Shown: positions 1 through 6,871 of the stretch, in pieces
Layout: the number at the start of each line of letters is the position of its first letter
Numbering within the stretch: position 1 is the stretch's first letter
DNA from: Armatimonadota bacterium
GTDB taxonomy: Bacteria > Armatimonadota > Hebobacteria > CAIYQO01
Reading direction: 5' to 3'
Length of the DNA: 17,676 bases
Assembly (NCBI GenBank): GCA_038248345.1
Contig: JBBRXO010000057.1
Location: 1-17,676 of the forward strand
Notes under the pieces: generated by a model
What the model saw: only the letters and a program-made list of their open reading frames with translations
Told to the model about the DNA's origin: nothing
Databases searched by the model: none
Made by a program: the position numbers and the translations under genes

Positions 1-1
1 G

Positions 2-421
2 GATGATGGGGACATTGGCGCGGGCGGCGATCATCGCCGCGCCCAGCTCCGGCTGTTGCAGCCGGCCCTGGTCTTTGCTGGTGCCGCCCTCAATGAAGAT
101 CAATAGCCCCTGCTCCGCCATCAATAGCTCATGCGCCTTGCGTAGCGCCTCGCGATCCGCCGTGCCCCGGCGTACCGGGAAAGTGCCGAGCGCGGTGATC
201 AGGCCGCCGAAGTATTTATTATGGAATAGCTCCGCCTTAGCCATAAAGAATATCTTGCGCGGCGATCCACACCCGGTTAGCGGGGGATCGAGGTAGCAGG
301 TGTGATTAGGCGCGACGATAAACCCGCCGGTCTTCGGAATATTCTCACGACCATAAACGCGCAAGCGGCCTAACAGGATAAATACCGTGCGGCATAGCTC
401 ACGAACAAGAAAATATAGCAT
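2..421 (-). CDS. plsC: 1-acyl-sn-glycerol-3-phosphate (lysophospholipid) acyltransferase, PlsC family; 3' end runs off the window
   Basis: Not in the ORF track; translated by hand from ATG at 421 with AGGAG upstream: MLYFLVRELCRTVFILLGRLRVYGRENIPKTGGFIVAPNHTCYLDPPL...FMAKAELF...GTFPVRRG...LLIFIEGGTS...GAAMIAARANVPII. Contains the NHxxxxD catalytic motif and an FxEG block. Confidence 0.9.
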   Translation of the reverse strand, partial: MLYFLVRELCRTVFILLGRLRVYGRENIPKTGGFIVAPNHTCYLDPPLTGCGSPRKIFFMAKAELFHNKYFGGLITALGTFPVRRGTADREALRKAHELLMAEQGLLIFIEGGTSKDQGRLQQPELGAAMIAARANVPII

Positions 422-438
422 GGTGCTCCTAAGGTAAG

Positions 439-743
439 AGTTTCTAGTTCCTAGTTCCTAGTTCCCAGTTTCAAGTTCAATGTTTATCTGGGGCGGTGCC
501 CAAGGCTGTTATCCATAAGTGCTATGCCAAGTTGGCTATCCGGCAACCACCGCGAAGCGGTGATGGAATCTAGCCCTGGGTATGAATCGCCTCCGATATA
601 CCCGCTCTGAAAGGATGGTGGAAATATGTTTCCGTCACCGCTTCGCGGTGAAATATTTATGGATAATTGATAGGGCGCTGCCCCAGGTCAACATTGAACT
701 TGAAACTAGAAACCAGGAAACCAGGAACCAGAAACTAGAAACT
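439..743. repeat. Nested long inverted repeat (REPIN/MITE-like) with heptamer-repeat outer arms
   Basis: 467-484 AGTTTCAAGTTCAATGTT is the exact reverse complement of 690-707; 509-518 pairs with 657-666 (10/10); 548-568 pairs with 630-650 (20/21); TAGTTCC-like heptads at 439-470 mirror GAAACTA/GGAACCA heptads at 702-743. Confidence 0.9.
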
Positions 744-745
744 AA

Positions 746-1105
746 CTAAAGCAATCCGCCCAGTCCACCGGGCAGTTTCATGCCGCCAGTGAGGGCGCCC
801 ATGCTCTCTTCTCGGATAGCTTGTGCGGAGGTGATAGCCTCGCTTACGGCGGCAACTACCAGATCCTGCAGCATTTCCACATCATCGGGATCCACCACTT
901 CGGGCTTAATGATAACCTCCAGCAGTTTGCCCAGTCCGTCGGCCGTGGCCACTACCATGCCGCCGCCAGCGCTACCCTGGATTCGCTTCTCGGCCAGTTC
1001 TTCCTGGATGCGCTCCGATTTGCGCTGCATTTCTTCCATTTGCTTCATGAGCATTTTGCCCATGTTACCGCCGCCACCGCCGCCGCCCATTCTGCCGAAA
1101 CCCAT
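746..1105 (-). CDS. ybaB: YbaB/EbfC family nucleoid-associated protein
   Basis: MMKQ..MQ..IQEEL...GSAGGGMV...IKPEVVDPDDVEMLQDLVVAAV...LTGGM is the typical YbaB pattern; GGAGG RBS upstream of ATG 1105. Confidence 0.93.
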   Translation of the reverse strand: MGFGRMGGGGGGGNMGKMLMKQMEEMQRKSERIQEELAEKRIQGSAGGGMVVATADGLGKLLEVIIKPEVVDPDDVEMLQDLVVAAVSEAITSAQAIREESMGALTGGMKLPGGLGGLL

Positions 1106-1236
1106 AAAAATATCCTCCTACGCCTTAGCGCCCATATTTACCCCTGAAGCATACGAGAAAAGCGAGTTAGATGCAAGAGGTGACGACGCAATTGCCTCGG
1201 AGCAACCTGCCCCTCGCTGATGACAATAGGTTCATT

Positions 1237-1263
1237 GTGGCATGGGCGTCTAGCCCATGCCAC
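1237..1263. repeat. REP-like palindrome, family A (GTRGCATGGGYGTCYNGCCCATGCYAC)
   Basis: GTGGCATGGGC-GTCTA-GCCCATGCCAC: 11-bp perfect stem, 21 nt past the esterase stop; related copies at 3347, 13962 and 17312. Confidence 0.8.
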
Positions 1264-1284
1264 GATCACTTGCAAAACAGATTA

Positions 1285-3195
1285 TTATTGTGGGTTGTGG
1301 GCTAAGCTTACGTCAGGAATTACCGCATTTCCTTCCGTGCGGAACGGAGCGGCGGGGTACCCTTCTACATTGGTCAGATTGCACACGGGGTTGTCAGCCC
1401 AGGCATAACGCAACGCCACGGGAGTGGTGATTTTATCGCTCTGCACTGTCACGGTATCACCGTCGATGCTGGCCGTCGCCCAGACGAAACGATGATCCGC
1501 ACCGGCAATGGCAAAGCCTTTCAGAGCCCCGCCTTTGGCGAGCAAGCCTTTACCAATCTGTGTGAAATGAAGACGCATGAGCGGGCCATCGATCTTTACA
1601 CTATCGCAAACCGGGCCGCTATACACCATCTTCTCATTATACACGCGGGCAAGCGCCACCAACGCCAGGCGCAGACCGACATCCTGCTTATTCAGCGGAT
1701 GAATGTTGCCCGCTTCGCCGATATCAATAGTCACCGCCATCTCAGTATGAGGGGTGGTAGCCGCCACCACGGCCTGCGCTTCTCGCAGTGCCGCCCAGTT
1801 ACTCTCGGAAGGATCAGCTTGAGTTGCCATGAAATTCGGCAGTTGTACGATCAAAAATGGAAGGTCTGGCTGTTTCCAAGCCGTACGCCAACCGGTAATC
1901 ATTGCGGGGAGCAGGTGCTGGTAACGCGCCGGATTCCCCGCATTGGACTCGCCCTGATACCAGAGAAAACCGCCGACGGGGACGTTAGTCCACGGTGCAA
2001 CCATGCCCATATAGAGAGTCATAGGTATTTGCTGAGGCGGCCAGCTTTCTTCGATGGCATATTTCCACCCGCCCGCCAGTGACTGGCTATCTGCAGGAGT
2101 GTTGGCGAGCACAATGCTCATTTGCTCCGGGGTACCGACGATGCCGCCATCACCGAGTTGATCGGTGATACGTACAGCAATGACAGCACGGCCGGCTTTG
2201 ACTGCTTCGGCAGGAACGGTGTAATGACGTGGTGTTTTCCACACATTCGGGGTGTCGACATCCAGGCCGCCGATACGTTGACCATTGAAATAGGTATCGT
2301 CGCCATCGTCGATAGGCCCGAAATTGACCGTGAGCTCTTTGCCCGCCCAAGCCGCCGGAATCGTCACTTCACGGCGGAACCATACACAACCGTCCAGTTT
2401 ATCCATGCCCTGACCACTCTTCTCCCAGGCGCCAGGTAAGTTCATCGTTTTCCAGGCTGCATCTGCAAAATCTGGCAATTGCCAGCCGCTAGAGTCTATG
2501 GCCGCTGGATAATTAGCGGCTTCGCGGGTGTACTGATCGTCCAAATTACGCAATTCGGGGTCGATCGCAATCCCCTCCCGGTTTATCCAACACTCAATTG
2601 ATGTGGCGCCTACGGCGGATACCACTATTCCTACCGGGATTTTTAACCGCTGCTGGAGTTCGCGGGCAAAGAAATATGCCACTGCCGAAAATTGTGGTGC
2701 ATTATCGGGGGTACAAACCTTCCATGCGCCAACTTCCCAGGTTTTTACTGGCTTGATCCGCGGCTGCATTGATGTCTGGAAAACGCGAATTTGCGGATTA
2801 GCAGCCGCAGCAATCTCTTTTTCGGCGTTTTGCGCTGACGCCAATTCAAAAGCCATATTAGATTGCCCCGAACAGAACCAGACTACGCCGATCAACACAT
2901 TAGAAAAGGTGACGGTGTTTTTCCCTTCTACGACCAGCTTATGCGGCCCACCAGCACCTAAAGGAGCCAAGGATACGCGCCAGTTTCCGGTCTCATCAGC
3001 GATTACGCTCGCATTTTCACCGGCGAGTTGTACCGAAACATTTTCGCCCGGATCCGCCCAGCCCCAAATAGGGATATTCGTATCCCGCTGCAACACCATG
3101 TTGTCGCCGAATTGTACCGGCAAACTTACATTGGCAAATGCTGGCACACACAACAGCAAAAATACGGCTGTCAGCATGAGAGATAAAGCTTTCAT
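1285..3195 (-). CDS. Secreted sialate O-acetylesterase-like (SASA/SGNH) protein with inserted galactose-binding-like domain
   Basis: Signal peptide MKALSLMLTAVFLLLCVPAFA; FGDNMVLQRD, WFCSGQSNM, FSAVAYFF, WYQGESN, IHP and RYAWADNP motifs; internal WFRREV...GPIDDGDDTYFNG beta-sandwich segment. Confidence 0.9.
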   Translation of the reverse strand: MKALSLMLTAVFLLLCVPAFANVSLPVQFGDNMVLQRDTNIPIWGWADPGENVSVQLAGENASVIADETGNWRVSLAPLGAGGPHKLVVEGKNTVTFSNVLIGVVWFCSGQSNMAFELASAQNAEKEIAAAANPQIRVFQTSMQPRIKPVKTWEVGAWKVCTPDNAPQFSAVAYFFARELQQRLKIPVGIVVSAVGATSIECWINREGIAIDPELRNLDDQYTREAANYPAAIDSSGWQLPDFADAAWKTMNLPGAWEKSGQGMDKLDGCVWFRREVTIPAAWAGKELTVNFGPIDDGDDTYFNGQRIGGLDVDTPNVWKTPRHYTVPAEAVKAGRAVIAVRITDQLGDGGIVGTPEQMSIVLANTPADSQSLAGGWKYAIEESWPPQQIPMTLYMGMVAPWTNVPVGGFLWYQGESNAGNPARYQHLLPAMITGWRTAWKQPDLPFLIVQLPNFMATQADPSESNWAALREAQAVVAATTPHTEMAVTIDIGEAGNIHPLNKQDVGLRLALVALARVYNEKMVYSGPVCDSVKIDGPLMRLHFTQIGKGLLAKGGALKGFAIAGADHRFVWATASIDGDTVTVQSDKITTPVALRYAWADNPVCNLTNVEGYPAAPFRTEGNAVIPDVSLAHNPQ

Positions 3196-3264
3196 ATGTC
3201 CCCTTCATGTGGGTATTGCCCACAAACCTGGATATTTATCTGTCCCGCAAGGAATGAACCCACA

Positions 3265-3314
3265 CCACGCCCTAAAGGACGTGGCTAACAACTGCAAGCA
3301 CCCTGAAGGGCGCT
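3265..3314. repeat. Pair of REP-like hairpins (CCACGCCCTAAAGGACGTGG; AGCACCCTGAAGGGCGCT)
   Basis: Two imperfect palindromes 12 nt apart in the intergenic region; they resemble hairpins associated with HUH (Y1) transposases. Confidence 0.55.
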
Positions 3315-3346
3315 ATCTTCGATCCGAAAATAACTTCCTCAAATTG

Positions 3347-3376
3347 CCCGTTCTCATCGGCGAGACACCCATGCCA
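3347..3376. repeat. Degenerate REP family A copy, inverted orientation
   Basis: CCCGTTCTCATCGGCGAGACACCCATGCCA matches 17312-17341 at 26/30 positions. Confidence 0.7.
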
Positions 3377-3433
3377 TGTGCGTACATGCTAGTACTCTTC
3401 CTTACTATCCGTCAATAGCGCTATTCCTTGCCA

Positions 3434-4873
3434 TTACCCCGCAATGAACACCAGCGGTACCAGCCCGACGGTGGGACGGCCTTGCACGGTTATCTCCAGC
3501 GTTCCGCGCATGATGGCGGTGAGGATGGTGCCGGGCACCAGTGTTACACTCACGGTTTCTGTGGGTGGATGATGGCGGAGCGATACGTGCTGCTGCTGGG
3601 CGGGAAGAATTTGCCAGCCTTCCGGTAGCTGCCAGGCGATATCCGCGTGCTGGCAACTGGGCATCAGGTTCAGCAACGTCACTGTTACCGGGAAGGGTAC
3701 CCCTGGCTGTACCTTTGGTTCGCGCTGATAATCCAGGGTTACTATGGTGTGAACAAAGTCGAACTCCACCGCATAGGGGGATTTGGCCCAGATCTCCTGC
3801 GCAGCGCCGGTATCCGCTAGCGATTGCAGGTGTTCTGCAGCGACCACAGTCGGGCTATCATAAAAAGTAAAATCTGTGCCATAGGTGAGGAGCGCGATCT
3901 CCGCCTGTCGCTGCACCTGTTCGGTTAATTCCATGATAGTGCGCGGCAGCGTGAAGATGGATCCGCGGTCGATAGCGATGGTAATTATGCGTTCACCAAT
4001 CGGCTCGACCCATTCTTTCGGGATGCCTTCACCCCCGCAGAGAATTCCAAGGAGCGCGCCCAGAGTGGCGCCGGTACAATCGGTGTCGTCGCCACAATTT
4101 ACCGCCAAGGTGATCGACTTGCCGAAGTCACCGCAACCATAAAGCCAGCCGAGAATGACGAATGCGACGTTGGCCGGGGCCTGGAACCACCCCAGATCGG
4201 CGCTGTCCGCTACCACACGATTGCGGGCATCCAACCACGGTACCCCCTGTGCATAGGACTCGCGGACGATGGCGATGCTGCGCGCGACACGACAATCGGC
4301 GGGGATCTTTGCCAGCGCAATGCGCAGCAACTCTTCTCGATCACTGATAATGAAGGCGGCGCTTTCCAACGCAGCGATGAAGATGGCCGCATAGGTGCCC
4401 TCGCCGCCGCCATGATCGACACTGGCATCGGCATAGGCGTATTTGATGGCGATATCGGGAAGTCCAGGGGCCAGACACGCCCATATCTCGGTCCGGATCC
4501 ACGCGCCATTAGAATGTTTCCAGCGCGCGTTCTCGTACTCGCCCGAGAGCGGCGGAATCAAGCCAACACGCATATTTGACTTGCAGACGCCATATTCATT
4601 CCAGAAAGGAGGAATGAAATTCAGCCAATACTCACCCAAAAGTTGGTTGGTAATTGCACGAACACCCCGATCCTGCACCGCCCGCAGCCAGATAAGCTGC
4701 AAGTCCAGATCATCGTTAGGCAGCGGCTCATTGGAGTTGTGGGTGTAGCCGGTGGCGTCATTTGTCTGCTGTTGCCCCTCAAATGGTGCCCCCAGCGTGC
4801 CGCCGATGTTCTTGCCCAGCCAACACCCATACATTTTATCGCGGAATTCCGCCCGATTTAGTCCCATAGACAT
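3434..4873 (-). CDS. ADP-ribosylglycohydrolase (ARH/DraG-fold) family protein with C-terminal Ig-like (NEW3-like) domain, ~479 aa
   Basis: GCWLGKNIGGTLGAPFEG, PNDDLD, SNGAWIR and GDDTDCTGA motifs; C-terminal PGVPFPVTVTLLN...LPEGW segment. Start reassigned to ATG 4873 (MSMGL) because AAGGAG lies 9 nt upstream. Confidence 0.88.
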   Translation of the reverse strand: MSMGLNRAEFRDKMYGCWLGKNIGGTLGAPFEGQQQTNDATGYTHNSNEPLPNDDLDLQLIWLRAVQDRGVRAITNQLLGEYWLNFIPPFWNEYGVCKSNMRVGLIPPLSGEYENARWKHSNGAWIRTEIWACLAPGLPDIAIKYAYADASVDHGGGEGTYAAIFIAALESAAFIISDREELLRIALAKIPADCRVARSIAIVRESYAQGVPWLDARNRVVADSADLGWFQAPANVAFVILGWLYGCGDFGKSITLAVNCGDDTDCTGATLGALLGILCGGEGIPKEWVEPIGERIITIAIDRGSIFTLPRTIMELTEQVQRQAEIALLTYGTDFTFYDSPTVVAAEHLQSLADTGAAQEIWAKSPYAVEFDFVHTIVTLDYQREPKVQPGVPFPVTVTLLNLMPSCQHADIAWQLPEGWQILPAQQQHVSLRHHPPTETVSVTLVPGTILTAIMRGTLEITVQGRPTVGLVPLVFIAG

Positions 4874-4954
4874 AGCTGATAGCTCCTTGAAAATTAGTTC
4901 CAAATTCCAGGTTCCAAGCCCGACACTCCGGCATAAATACCAAGGTGACACTTT

Positions 4955-4984
4955 ATAATACCATAATAACATGAAAAATAGCAG
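4955..4984 (-). promoter_or_regulatory. Possible sigma70 promoter for the minus-strand ARH gene
   Basis: On the minus strand CTGCTA-18 nt-TATTAT with TGG immediately before the -10 (extended -10), in an AT-rich divergent spacer. Confidence 0.4.
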
Positions 4985-5118
4985 AATATTCGCAGTAAAC
5001 GGCCAATCATCTGCTTTCCCTATTGAATCCATGCGATATAAGGCCTCGTCAAAAAAAAGGATTTCCCATAGCCAAAGTCTAACATATCGTAGTACCAATT
5101 GAGTATCGGAGATATAAC

Positions 5119-6669
5119 ATGCGAAAATGCCCTTATTGTAGCTGTGAGTGTGATGTGGCCGAGGTCTTTTGCCCGAAATGCGGGCGTGAGATGCCGGCGC
5201 CTTATGAGACCGCGCAGACGGAGGATGATGGCTACGACCAAGGAGATTTCGCCAATCCGTTGCCGGTGCGCGGTGCGCAACCGAAACTGGTTGATATTGC
5301 CACCGTGCCACCGGAGGAGCTAGCAGAGATAACGCAGCAGCTGGCGAACGCCGGGCTGGCCTTTGCCATGCACCCGGATCCGCAGATGCCGGGCTTCCGC
5401 GATTATGTCGCCCAGCTGGGCGGCGTGCATATACTGGTACGTGAGGAAGATGCCCCGGTGGCTTGGCAGGTTCTTGATCGAGTACAGGTACCGGTGACCG
5501 AGCAGACTATCCTCTCCGGTGCCGAGATTATCATCGGCGATACCTCTTTCAATCCAGGCACCATGGTGATGGCGCGCGGCAAAGTGCTGGAGATACTCAA
5601 CTTCGCCATGCCCGACCCGGAAAATGGGGCGAAATACCTGGATTTATCCGGCCATATCATCGCCGCCGGGTACATCGATGTGCATATGCACGGCCTGCAC
5701 GGCATCGATGCCACCGGCGCAACCACTGAGCAGTTCATTGCGCTGGCGCAGACTGCCGCGCAATACGGCCTCACCGGCATCGTCCCCACCACCTACGCCT
5801 GCCCGGTAGCGACCATGGCGGCAACGCTGGCGGCATTCCGCACCGCCCAGGCGAGTGAATACAGCGGGGCGCGCCTGCTGGGCTTGCACCTGGAAAGCAG
5901 CTTCATCAGCCCGGAGTATTCTGGCGCTCAACCGAAAGAATTCATCTTCACCCCGGACAGCGCTGAAGGCGTGCAGCTGCGCGCACTGCTGGCCGACTAT
6001 GCCGATGTGGTGAAGATCGTCACCCTGGCCCCGGAGCTGCCGGGCGCTATCGAGCTGACCGAGGAGCTGGTTGCCCTGGGCATCATCGTCAGTCTGGGTC
6101 ACTCCGGCGCTGATTACGACACCAGCATCGCGGCCATCGAGGCGGGGGCGACCATGGCCACCCACCTCTTTAACCGGATGCCCGCGCTGCACCATCGCAC
6201 CCCCGGGCTGCTGGGGGCAGCGCTGGAGCGTGATGAAATCTTTGCCGAATTCATCTCCGACGGGCAACACCTGCATCCGGCGATCATCTCCATCATCATC
6301 ACCGCCAAAGGCGGCGAACGCTGCGTGATGATCTCCGACGCCCTGCCGATGACGGGCAACGACGATGGCCCGGCCATCTTCGCCGGAGAAAATGTCATCA
6401 CCCGCGACGGTGCCGGCTACACCGCTACCGGCAAGTTGCTGGGCAGCGCCACCGCCCTCGACGGCGGCCTGCGCTATCTGGTAGAGACAGTAGGCTGGGA
6501 CCTCGGCGAGGCGCTGGCCATGACCTCCGCCACCCCCGCCGCCGCCCTCAACCGTCCCGACCTGGGCCGCCTGCTGCAAGGAGCAACGGCCGACTTGGTG
6601 GTGTTGAATCAGGAATTAACGCCCGTGCTGACGATCGTGGAGGGTGTAGTAGTGTTTGACGGACGGTAA
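5119..6669 (+). CDS. nagA: N-acetylglucosamine-6-phosphate deacetylase with N-terminal zinc-ribbon plus DUF2007-like extension
   Basis: GYIDVHMHG, PTT, GLHLE, GAQP, TLAPE, SLGHS, THLFNRM, ISDGQHLHP, ISDA, ATPA and GATADLV motifs; GGAG RBS before ATG 5119; ~125 extra N-terminal residues. Confidence 0.88.
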   Translation: MRKCPYCSCECDVAEVFCPKCGREMPAPYETAQTEDDGYDQGDFANPLPVRGAQPKLVDIATVPPEELAEITQQLANAGLAFAMHPDPQMPGFRDYVAQLGGVHILVREEDAPVAWQVLDRVQVPVTEQTILSGAEIIIGDTSFNPGTMVMARGKVLEILNFAMPDPENGAKYLDLSGHIIAAGYIDVHMHGLHGIDATGATTEQFIALAQTAAQYGLTGIVPTTYACPVATMAATLAAFRTAQASEYSGARLLGLHLESSFISPEYSGAQPKEFIFTPDSAEGVQLRALLADYADVVKIVTLAPELPGAIELTEELVALGIIVSLGHSGADYDTSIAAIEAGATMATHLFNRMPALHHRTPGLLGAALERDEIFAEFISDGQHLHPAIISIIITAKGGERCVMISDALPMTGNDDGPAIFAGENVITRDGAGYTATGKLLGSATALDGGLRYLVETVGWDLGEALAMTSATPAAALNRPDLGRLLQGATADLVVLNQELTPVLTIVEGVVVFDGR

Positions 6670-6681
6670 ACCTAACCAATT

Positions 6682-6838
6682 GTAGGGGCACAAGGCTTGT
6701 GCCCATGTCGTAACCATACCTTCAATAGGTCATTTCTTCCATACCCTTTGTAGGGGCACATGCCATGTGCCCCTACAAAGGGTAAATAAGCCCCATTCAT
6801 GGGGCGCATGACGATAGCCCCGGTATTTATGCCGGGGT
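6682..6838. repeat. Cluster of REP-like palindromes (two GTAGGGGCACA.. copies plus two GCCCC hairpins)
   Basis: 6682-6704 GTAGGGGCACAAGGCTTGTGCCC; 6742-6784 perfect 20-bp stem TACCCTTTGTAGGGGCACAT-GCC-ATGTGCCCCTACAAAGGGTA; 6790-6805 GCCCCATTCATGGGGC; 6817-6838 GCCCCGGTATTTATGCCGGGGT. GTAG followed by a palindrome is the classical REP layout. Confidence 0.85.
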
Positions 6839-6871
6839 GTCGGGTTTGGAACTATTTTCGAAGGAGTCACC

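Noticed and set aside
509..666. TTATCCATA pair resembling DnaA boxes (possible oriC)
   Set aside because: Only two one-mismatch boxes, explained as arms of the inverted repeat; no box cluster or dnaA/dnaN context.
1170..1225. Possible degenerate repeat or leader RNA upstream of ybaB
   Set aside because: No clear stem and no second copy in the window; too weak to call.
4941..4949. CAAGGTGAC shared with ~17136-17144
   Set aside because: A 9-bp match with no extension is expected by chance in a window of this size.
4874..5311. 146-residue N-terminal extension of the 625-aa minus ORF
   Set aside because: It overlaps the start of nagA on the opposite strand, crosses the AT-rich promoter spacer and has no RBS; the RBS-supported start is 4873.
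5644..6579. Long antisense or alternate-frame ORFs (also 3-296, 780-1220, 2603-3418, 11159-11995, 13335-13913, 16118-16936)
   Set aside because: Shadow frames of well-supported genes in GC-rich DNA, with no recognisable motifs.
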